Part shown: positions 38,461 to 48,872 of the stretch, one piece after another
Numbering within the stretch: the first letter of the stretch is position 1
Layout: every line of letters starts with the position of its first letter
Source of the DNA: Anthoceros angustus
Taxonomy: Eukaryota > Plantae > Anthocerotophyta
Assembly (NCBI GenBank): GCA_010909165.1
Contig: VJWM01000220.1
Location: forward strand, 1 to 64,000
Length of the DNA: 64,000 nucleotides
Direction: 5' to 3'
Notes under the pieces: generated by a model
The model's database searches: none
The model's input: only the letters and a program-made list of their open reading frames with translations
What the model was told of the DNA's origin: nothing
Made by a program: the position numbers and the translations under genes

Positions 38461-40171
38461 CATCCGTTGTCCCCATGTTTTAGATCATGAGAAGTCCTGT
38501 TAAGTGGGGAATAATTTAATGGAAGGGGCATGCGCCTTAGGTATGGGCTTAGTCTCGAGTATGCAAAGACTTGTTAGAACAGGCCATGGTGTTTGATCTT
38601 AGAAGCTAGAGGAACTGGAAGGCTCAACTTGGGTCCGGTACAAGAACCCAAAGCCCATATTCGTGAGGCAATTGGTGTAGAAGCAGCTTGAGAGAGAGAG
38701 CGTGAGAATCGACCTCCGAATCACCGGATCCAAGTCTCTCGGATCGAACCCACATATTTCCACGTGGGATAAGTGTGGCCACCGGGCTAGCTGGGTGACC
38801 GGAGCGAACCCACCACAGTTTTGAAAAAGCAAGTTTCCTTGCTGGAGGACAAGCAGCTAGGCATCACTGTCTTTCCTTGTCACAAATAGCGCCGTAGCTT
38901 GTATGATTTTTAGTGGTGTTTGTTTGCATGCATGAGTGTATGTGAGAGGTTGAGTGGCACATCAGCCTTCTTACAAGAAGAAGAAAGGCCTAACCTCGCT
39001 TAGTTTTGTAGGTCCGGCTGAACCAGTAGTCTTGAGCGAGAGCCTGGAGGAGGTTAGAACCAAGATCCATACCCACATCCCATGTGCACTCTTCATGACC
39101 TCTTTTGATATCATGTTGTACTTAATCATTTCTAACATCTTGGGGCACCGTCCTCACTCATGTGTGGCCTCGGAGTGAGATTACTTATTTTATAAAGGTG
39201 GCCTTGAGGCGAGATTACTTGTTTTATAAAGATAAAACAAATCATCAGTAACTACCTCATTTCCGCACTGTGGGGTATTGACCCGAGTAGATAGAGGTAG
39301 GTAGAGAAAGGTTCCTACCTAGTTTGAAAGATTACTAGATATATTATTTTTATATTAAATATTTGATTTATTCTCACTTCACCTCCCTTCGCTCTCTCAC
39401 GACGCTTGAGGGTCACACTCGGACCCTCTATATCTATGTACCTCTATATACCTACCGAGGTCAGGTGACCATCATCTATGATTGGAGGTCTCATTGCTTT
39501 GTTAGACTTCAAAGCTTGGAGTCCAAAAGAAGAAGAAATAAATGCAACTCAAAAGAAGAAGAAATGTATTATAGTTAATCCACTAATTATACAAGGACAA
39601 ATGACGAGATATCATGGGACTAAAATGAAACAATTTACGTATGTTGGAACAAAAATGTAGAACTAGTTACCAACCACTCATAATATATAATTTTAATAGA
39701 TTCAATTTTGAAAGATAAAATCTTCATATCAATTTATAATATTCCAAGTCACCGTCCCCGCCTTCATGTTATAGGTTAATGGGTTAATGATTATCGAGAA
39801 CTTATCAAAGCCTCATACTATATATGGAGGGTTCACATCAATTAATGCATCCTTGTTTTGTCTTCCCTCTTATTTTTTATCCAATTAAGGAAAAACTAAA
39901 TCTCGAATACAAGTATCGTTATACAAACACATTTCACGGAGGATCGGCACACATCAAGGAAGCATTTGGAGAAATTGGAACATAATCATTCAATCTTCCA
40001 AGTGCGAGGATACTTGCGTTTGCAATCGCGGTCGTGGTCAAAACGTCATATTTAAATTCAGATTCCGTCATATTTTAATTCTAATACATCAAATTTGTTA
40101 ATGTATTGCATGTCTGACTTGCATGCAGGCCTGCTGAGGATACTCTACATTGACATTGCCGCTTCTGAGGA

Positions 40172-41292
40172 ATGGCGGATGAAGTGGAGGTGAACTTGGC
40201 TGCGAACTTGAAGTTGTTGTGCAGCCGAATTGCGTGGAGATGTTGAGGAGCGGTCAAAAGTTACTGGAATGGGAGTCGAGATGGTCTTGGGTGGGTCGGA
40301 CGAGTTGGCCAATGCGAAGCAAGCAATGGACAAGCTTCATCTTATCCACACCGAACTCAAAGAGCGTGAGACAAGTCGGTGGTGCCTGGCTGCATCCCTT
40401 AAGCTCATGTCCGATCAAGAGTTGCTGGAAAGCCTTGAGGAGCAAAAAAACAATTTCAAGCTCGAAGAGCAAAAAGAAACTATTTGGGGCATGGGGATCT
40501 CCGCTTTCCAAAAGAAAGCCAAAGAGAAAGCTAAATTAAGGAAAATGGAAGCTAAGGATAGAATTGTAATCCAACGAGCGCAGAGCGTGAAGATAGAGCT
40601 TGAAAAGATTATTCAACCTCCGGTTCGCCTCCCTTCCTTTGCAAAATGGACTAGCACTCGAATGAGCTGAGACAATGTCATAAACTTGTGCTTGCGTTAT
40701 GTAATTGGTGAATCTAGAAGACCCAACATGACGGGGCCACAAAATTGGTGAATCAAAAGGCCCAGGCGGAGCCTCTGGGAGAGAGAAGAAGAGCAAAGGT
40801 GTGAAGAGGAGGAGAGAGAAGAAGAGCAAAGGTGTGAAGAGGAGGAAAACGCTAAATCGAGAGGCAAGAGATTTGGCTTTCCTTGCTAGGATCCGGGAAG
40901 GGTGGAGAGAGAGGGGCCCTCTAGATGCCCTTGAGAGTTTTACAAGAAAACATTATGTTTTATTGAGGATATCATTTCCAGGCAAAGTTTGAAGGAGGAG
41001 AGGAAGCAAGGGATATGGCCGTCACTACCACACTCGACGCTAGAGGAGGAAAACGCTAAAGAGAGAGACCTTAGACTCACTTGAGTCCGACAGGAGACTC
41101 TACTTGAGGACCTCAAGGCAATGCTCGGAGAGTTAGAACCATATATAATCGAATAATCGCTTTGAGCAAGCCAGAATACATTATCTTACCTTGCAATCAT
41201 CTCTACTTTGCAACAAGTGCAGCATGAGACATGATGCGTGCCCCACTTGTGGACTTCCCATCAACGGGACAATGGACTTGTATGTGCCATAA
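40172..41292 (+). pseudogene. Coiled-coil + RING-HC family copy 6 (full length, disrupted)
   Basis: MADEVEVNLAANLKLL..., KQAMDKLHLIHTELKERETSRWCLAASLKLMSDQELLESLEEQK, and degenerate RING ...ILPCNH...CNKCSMRHDACPTCGLPINGTMDLYVP*. Confidence 0.82.
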
Positions 41293-41731
41293 TATATAGT
41301 GCTCATGCTATTGTCCCAATATTTTTGAGATTGGGAGCCACTGTGTGTTGAAACCCTCATGCAATATCACCCGAGATTACTCTTGTATAAAGTAGTAAAT
41401 GATTGGAACATCATAGAACAAAGTAGACGAGAGTAGGAAGGGAATAGTATGTAGACTATTAAATAGCCTATAGGAAGGGAATAGTATGTAGACTATTATA
41501 TAGCCTTTTACTTCATGTGTAATTTTTCACAACCTTTTAGGTCCTTAAATAGTCCACTCACATCTTATCGACATAAGTTGGAAAGTCATCAAATAAGTCT
41601 CCAACCTTATGTATCTCCTATATGCATCTCTTATATGTCTTATAGTCGCCGCTTTATATATCGCTATTATATATGACTTGTAGTATTGCCACCATTATAT
41701 ATTGCTATCAAATCTATTATGTGCTCAATTA

Positions 41732-43736
41732 AGGAGGAAAAGAACTCAATCGAAACTTGATCCCCGGGTCAAAAATAGATCGCCTAAGCGAAACCCGTGA
41801 TAGGGTGTAAGGCGCTCTAAATGGAAGGAACCCACCTTCCTAGCAATAGAGAATATGACGTCCGGACGGCATCATGCGTGAGCGATCGCCCACTTGGGAT
41901 GAGCCAAGTGTGTCCCAAAGTCATTGAGAGGGGCCGCAGAAGTTGAAAGAGAGCAAGCTAGAGGATGGACCAAGCTCGAGCGAAAATGCATCATGGATGG
42001 AAAAAGTTGCCGTGTGATATGGAACTGAATCGGGTCGAGCCGGTGAACCCGCCCTTCCCCGAGCAAGAGTGGAGACAGGCCCAGTGAGCCTAGGAATGGC
42101 GGAATCTCGAGGAGGGCCAACCGCCCTGCCTGACTGCTTCTCCGTGAGGGACGCTGCCCCGGTGCCCAACCTCGGAAGCGAGGAAAAGACGCATGGCAAC
42201 CCTTGTCTCGGAGGATAAAGAGTCCTGCTAATCTTAGCAAGGCCTACATGGGAAAAGTCCCCTGCTCAACGTCCGCGACAAAAGCCTCAGGATATGTGAA
42301 TACAAAATTAAGAAACGGAGGACAAGATGGGGTAGAGAGCCCAGCTCCTAAGAAAGCCTCTAGCCCAGAGGCCTCGTGGCCAGCAAACCAATGCCTCCAA
42401 AAGCAACGGGAAGGAACGCTCAAGATCCCCGGGTCAAAAATAGATCTAAGCGAAACCCCGTTGAGTGTGCTCTCTAAATGGAAGGAACCCACCTTCCCTA
42501 GCAATAGAATATGACGTCCGGACGGCATCATGCGTAGCGATCGCCGCCCACTTGGGATGAGCCAAGTGTGTCCCAAAGTCATTGAGAGGGGCCTCGCAGC
42601 AAGTTGAAAGAGCAAGCTAGAGGATGGACCAAGCTCGAGCGAAAATGCATCGCGATGGAAAAAGTTGCCGTGTGATATGGACGCTGAATCGGGTCGAGCA
42701 GGCGTGAACCGCCCCCCGAGCAAGAGTGAGGCAGGCAGGTGAGCCTAGGAATGGCGGAATCTCGGAGGAGGGCCAATAGCCCGCCTGCACTGTCTTTCTC
42801 CGGAGGGGCCTGAAGCCCCGGTGCCCAACCTCGGGAAGCGAGGAAAAAGGCATGGCAACCCTTGTCTCGGAGGATAAAGAGTCCTGGCTAATCTTAGCAA
42901 GGCCTACATGGGAAAAGTCCCCTGCTCAACGTCCGCGACAAAAGCCTCCGAGGATATGTGAATACAAAATTAAGAAACGGAGGACAAGATGGGGTAGAGA
43001 GCCCAGCTCCTAAGAAAGCCTCTAGCCCAGAGGCCTCGTGGCCAGCAAACCAATGCCTCCAAAAGCAACGGAAGGAACGCGCCGTCAAGATCCCCGGCCG
43101 CACACTCAAGGTGCCCGGGCCGATGATGTCGCCTAAAACCCCGCATAAGCCACTTGTCGAAATTCCTTAGGCTAGATAAGAATACCGGGAGGGGCAACCG
43201 TCGGAGAAGGTACCACAGGCCGGAGTGCAAAACAAAGGAGAGGATCCCAAATGCCACTTGCGGGTCTCCTAGTTGAGAAAGGTCGCCGATGTGCGCTAAA
43301 TCCTCAGCCAAAGTCGCGTCCACATAATCCTGGGTGAAGGCAGGAGGCCCAATCGGGACACCAAGAACCCGAAGCCCCGGCAGAGAAGCAATATCCCCCT
43401 CCGGATACCGAAGAAAGGGCACAACGCCAGAGGGAGACCAAACCTTACACTTAATGATTTTAACCTTCAAATCGAGGCAGATAGCTCTAAAACGAAAAAA
43501 TCAAATGCCACCTTAAACTTGTCTTTAGCCCCGAGGATATGGATATCATCGGCCACAGACGGATACAAACATTCTCACACTGAAGAGGCAGTTGAAGACA
43601 AAGCCCTGAAATGCACCATGGCAACAAGAGCACCCCCTAGGGGGCCACCTTACCTAGTGCCCGTCGCCGAGCTCAGCACAGAAACCCCTTCCACCGAGGG
43701 GCCATGCTGATAATAGAGGTTGGAAGGAGACCCATA
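41732..43736 (-). mobile_element. Non-LTR retrotransposon fragment, RLE-type (CRE-like): RT, thumb and CCHC region, with internal 665-bp tandem duplication
   Basis: Manual translation SSATGTR*GGPLGG (GxRQGDPL motif), SVADDIHILG (YxDD motif), KCKVWSP, LRVLGVPIG; downstream C...DFGTHL...HDAVR. Flanked by direct repeat tgctcaatta (41722-41731 / 43737-43746). Confidence 0.82.
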
Positions 43737-44513
43737 TGCTCAATTAGAGAGATGAAGTTTTGGTAGAAGAAGTGCCATAGCTTTTATGTCTAGAAGTTTG
43801 AGCCAGTTCAAAAATTGTAATGGGGGCCTTTTTCAAAGATAGGAGTTGCCTTTGTACCTCTTATTGTTTTCCTTGTACATGGTGTAATGATAATAATGGT
43901 CAATTGGTGGGCCTAGAAGCCTCTAATTGTTTTCCTTGTACATGGTGTGATGACGGCGAGTTAAGGCTAGGTGGGCCTAGAAGCCTCTTGCCTCCAGTTG
44001 TGGTAGAGTTTTGAGAGTGCCTACTTTGCATTGGTTTTAGTTATATCATGCAATAGAGTCCGGTCATTTACATCTCCTATGTTGACCCCTTGTTACATAT
44101 ATAATCCCAACCCGTACGTGCCTATTTCTACTCCACCAAGGGCGTTGCTATGAACTATTACCATTAACGAACCGCTCTTTGTCTAGGCTGGAGACTCTCA
44201 CAATTCTTAGATAACTCGCAGGCAACCCAAGTTCCTCTATTACCTGTTCTAACAAATCTTTGCGTAGTTCTTTGATAACCGAGGAACCCAAGTTCCTCCA
44301 TTGCCTATTCTAACTAATCTTTAGTACATACGATGCCCCTCCCATTAAACTATTCCCCATTTAACAGGACTCCTCATGATCTAAAACACTTTTTAACACA
44401 TCGACATGCCTAGTAGCCGCAAGGATTCAAAGGACTTTTAAATAAAATAATAAGAATTACTTTTGAGGTTTTAATTAATGGTCCGATGAGTTTAGAGAGT
44501 GATTTTGATATAT

Positions 44514-44766
44514 GTCCAAGCGAGATGGGGAATCCCATCTACCCAAGACCGAGGAGGAACAACCCAAAAGGGCTAATAGTAAAGGGAAGTCCTAGTCCTC
44601 AGATGCCTTTCCCATAACTACCCTGCACCATGGATATCGTGATCGGGGATGATGGAGGGCCTACCTATCACCGGTGCCAAGAAGCCGCTAGTCCTGCGCA
44701 TGTAGCCATCCTATAAGCAGTTAGCCAGCGTCATAGGCTATGGAAAGGGAGAAAGCCCTGCAGACC
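44514..44766. mobile_element. 253-bp insertion of unknown origin with 12-bp flanking duplication
   Basis: attttgatatat at 44502-44513 and 44767-44778; the paralogous site at about 38295 is empty. Confidence 0.7.
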
Positions 44767-45096
44767 ATTTTGATATATTGTATGATGAGTTTAGAGAATG
44801 ATCTAGATCATAAGGCATCGTGCTTTAATTAATGGTCTAATGAGTTTTAGAGAGTGATGTTTGACATGTTGTATAATGAGTTTAAAGTTCCGGTTCCTTG
44901 TAATTGCATGTCGGTTTTCTCGGTATATATAATTAATGTATATATATACCTATATAAGCTTTTAATCCCTGTGAAGCGATGGCAATAGGTAATGATGACG
45001 TAATATATAGCGATTGTAATATGTAACCGTGGCAGCGTGACATTTTTAAGAGAATGCGTGACATTTTGGGATGCATCGGCGTGATCACGTGAGGAG

Positions 45097-46110
45097 AATA
45101 AGCGCGGAGTGAAGGAGGCGAATCACTGCGAACTTGAAGTCAGCCTACGAGGAGTTGGAGGAGAACACTGTGGGTATGGAAACACTAGTACTGAGGAGAT
45201 TAAGGGCTGGGTGACGAGTGAAGGAGCACTGGAGTATGAGGAGGGAGGTCGAGGAGGCGGGAAAAAAGTGTATCATTGGGAGAGGCTGGCCGAACAAGGG
45301 CAATTTCTGTCTTGGCTACACAAGAGGAGAGGTGGGGGAGCCATATTGAAGACGGAGGCCACGAACAAGCTTCAACTCATTAGCTGGGCGTGGCAGGGGA
45401 GGGATTGCTGCCCTCCAGCCGGCAACTGTCAGCGGTGGTGGAGAGGCTCAAGGCAGAGCAACTTCTCTTGGTTTGAGACGGCCTGGAAGTCTTTTGCCCA
45501 AGAGCCAGTGAGGCCAAGCTTCAAGCGATCCGCAAGGAGCGTGGGGGAGGCTCAACCATGAGCCGAGTCGACCTTCCAAAAGAAAGTGGCATGAGATGGC
45601 GGATGTTCTCGGTTTGCAAATTTATAGCTCTCTTCATACGCTCTCAAAGGAGAGTCGACCTTCCAAAAGAAAGTGGCATGAGATGGCGGATGTTCTCGGT
45701 TTGCAAATTTATAGCTCTCTTCATCGCTTCAAAGGAGAGTCGACGCCATTAAGGTTTGCCGCCCTCCTTGAGCTTGTGCGTGCGAGCATGTCTCTCTTGC
45801 AGGCGTCGCAATGCTTCTTGCATGCGTGAGGAGAGTGGGAAATTAGAGAGGCAAGGTAAGGCAAGGGATGACGCTTATTGCGGAGATGGATGGACTCAAC
45901 TCTTGCTTTTTGGCCATGGCGGAGCTGGAGAAGGTAAGAAATCGACAGAAGAAAGGTGACACTGTTGGAGGAACGGAGGTAGGTGTCGGTGCCAAAGTGG
46001 GAGCTTGAGGAGGACAACAAGCCGCCGAGAATGCCCAACGACGGCTTAGCCTTGAAGTGAATCGAATGACTGGAGGCGAGCAGAGAAAATCAAACTCCGC
46101 CAGCATCTGC
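45097..46110 (+). pseudogene. Coiled-coil + RING family copy 7 (degenerate, no RING seen)
   Basis: EATNKLQLI and RVDLPKESGMRWRMF (duplicated, about 87-bp unit, gagtcgac junctions), matching RLPKDAGMRWRML of copy 2; followed by the shared downstream module at about 46130-46234. Confidence 0.7.
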
Positions 46111-46234
46111 GAAAATGGGACGACACCAGAAGGGAAGAGCTAAGCAACAAGGGAGAGAAGATTTTTTTTCAGGCACTTCCCTCTCCCGCCTAATTAGAGT
46201 ACGGGTTTTGTATCGAAAGGAGAGTCGTTGATCA

Positions 46235-48770
46235 TGTGAAGGTCGCATATGGACCGGATCGATTGTTCAGAATGGATTGAATCATAAGCATTGAGAAGTG
46301 CTCAAATACACAAGGGCTGTGCCCAAGCATCATGTGTTGTAAACGCCACGTGACGTTTCGTTATATGCCTATTAAGTTACGCTTTATGTGAATCGTGCCC
46401 TAAGGGCTAGGTGCTACATGCTAACACTCCCACTTAGCGCCTAGCTCTTAGGTTTTATGACCTTTCTTAAGCTATTATATATGTGTAAGCTTCTTAATCC
46501 CATGTTGAAGGAATGTTCTTGGTGCTTCACTTCTTTGAGTGCCTTTGTTAGCACATCTGTCATCATCTCCAGTTAGGCGTGAGTAAATTTGCGATCGCTC
46601 ACGACTTGTCTTATAAAATGAAATTGTACCTCCACGTGTTTCGTTCGGTGGAATTTTGAGTATAGGTTAGCGAAATAGCCCCACGATTGTCGCAATGCAA
46701 GGGTCTTGGTATTTCTTTGGATTTCTCCTAACTCTGCGAGCTCGTAAAACAGTCCTTCCTTGCATGCGTGGGTTAAGGAGGCGATTACTCCATTGAGTGA
46801 GGCTTTGTTGCCGTTTCTTTGCTCGACTTTTCTATCCACTTGAGACAAGACAGCTTATGCTCTTTCTGTTGTCTGATGCCCGTCGGCTCATTGGTTCTCG
46901 AGTTGTAGATGTTGGTCCTGGATTTGAGAATGATAAAGTAATCCCATATCCGGGGTTGCTCTCAAATATCAAGATCCTCTTTCTTGCCTTCAATGAACTT
47001 GAGTAGGAGCGGATAAGAACTTAGATAAAGCTCCCGAAAATGCAAGGTCCGGTCTAGTGCACCATTAAATACATTAAACTTCCGAGGCGGAAGGTAAGGC
47101 ACCTCGTCGTGCTATGATCATTGGCATCATATTCTTGTTCATCATCCTCGCTTAGCTTTTAGTTAGTTTCCATGGGTGTAGAAATAGGCTTAGAATCTAT
47201 CATTTTGTATTTAACTAAAATCTCTTGTATGTATTTAGGCGATGGATGAATAAACTTCTAGCTTTCTATCTCTAACAATTTGAATACCTAGGCAAAAGGA
47301 AAGCTCTCGACATGTGGTCATTGAGAATCGCTCGGGCATTTTACGAGTGTTTTCTAGGACGTGCTTTGAGTTAGACATTAGTACGATATCATCAACGTGG
47401 GCGCCTAGAACAATAAAATGACCATTAAGTCTATTGATATAGATATTGCTATCCGAGCTTAGTCTAGTGAAGCCCAGTCCCGAAGGGTGACATCTAATTT
47501 TCATACCATTCAAGAGCACTTTGTTTTGAGGTCAGAAGTTTGTCATCCAGCTCCTAAAGTGCATGGTATGTTGATCCACTGGTCGCCCCTACATTCAAGT
47601 CCAAGAAATTTTAATAGTGTGCAGTGTGCATAATGTATTGAGGCATATATGTGTACTGTTGTTTCCAAGCTTCTACATCTCTACGATTTCTTCGGGCGTT
47701 TACGACCTCATGGATTGCATGAGGATGTTTTTAACTGTTGGTTTTTATCTTCCCACTCCTCTTTCTCTCTGCGTGGCGGTGGATGCTGGTTGTGCTTGAC
47801 GTGAGGGTTTCCAACGCCACCAACGAGGCCCATAGCTTACGCTCTTTCAAAATTTCAGAATGCGAAATTTCCAAAGCAATAAATTGTCTTGTTGGCGTCG
47901 GCGGTCCTCTTCGACAGTGATGGAGGATGTGGCCATTGTGGTAAGTGCTATAGATTGGCTGCTTAGAGGGTGATAACGTGCCTAAGTATACATGTGGTTT
48001 CTACTTGGAGGTGAGTAGAATTTTATAAAGTCCGCAAGTGGTATTGGGAGGCATATTGGCCTCTAAGTGCTGCAGTTTGAATGATGTTGTTTTGAAATTC
48101 TCCAATTTCGTGTTGGAGGCAAGATGTAGAGGTTGTCCGTGAGCTGGCACTTTGAGGAGGCGCTTTGTCAGAGAGGTTTTGTAGGTGCATATTATGGATT
48201 CCTTAACTTGTCTGGATCAATTGGGGTGTGCACATCAATCGTAGTTGTAAACCGCCGATCATTGTGTGTTGTTTGGTACCTTTTATTGTGTGTAGAGAAA
48301 AGAGAGGTGTACGTATGCCCAATCATAGTCACGTGGGTCGACAAAGCCTCTCAAGTATAGTTCTTCAGCAATTACAAGAAGCACGGAGTGGATCCGGGCA
48401 TAGTGCCATAGGTTTCCTTCGCTTCCTTAGCGCCGCTTCTCTGGCTTCTTTGAATTTCCGGTTTGAGCAATTCTATTTGCTCTTGAGCATCTGGCCTCCT
48501 GCGTAAGCCCGGCATGCTTATAGATATTTATGTCTCATTGTTATGTCAGATATCGTGCGGTGGCGCTCGATACCATGTGAAGGTCGCATATGGACCGGAT
48601 CGATTGTTCAGAATGGATTGAATCATAAGCATGGCGAGCGTAGTGCTCAAATACACAAGGGCTGTGCCTGCCGCCATGTGTTGTAACCGCCACGCGTTTC
48701 GTTATGTGCCTATTAAGTTCGCTTATGTGAATCGTGCCCTAAGGGCTAGGGTGCTACATAATACGCTAAT
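46235..48770 (-). mobile_element. Ty1/copia element B, copy 2 (both LTRs, internally deleted, 2.5 kb)
   Basis: LTRs 46235-46426 and 48576-48770; TSD gatca (46230-46234 / 48771-48775); PBS gctcgatacca; PPT. Empty site ggttgatcaaggtag seen at about 34180. Confidence 0.95.
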
Positions 48771-48872
48771 GATCAAGGTAGCCAGTTTCGACATTGGACC
48801 TATTGTATGATTAATTCTTTGCATACATGTCTCCGGCTTTGAATAAATTAGGACCTTTGAATGTGGCGGCGG

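Noticed and set aside
38600-40100. Short ORFs and LTR-like composition (also 1-900)
   Set aside because: No recognisable domains, paired LTR, PBS or PPT; left unannotated.
22062-46234. Inverted array as a whole-genome-amplification chimera
   Set aside because: Inverted arms are substantially diverged and carry independent TE insertions with TSDs; the CWG error pattern points to native methylated DNA.
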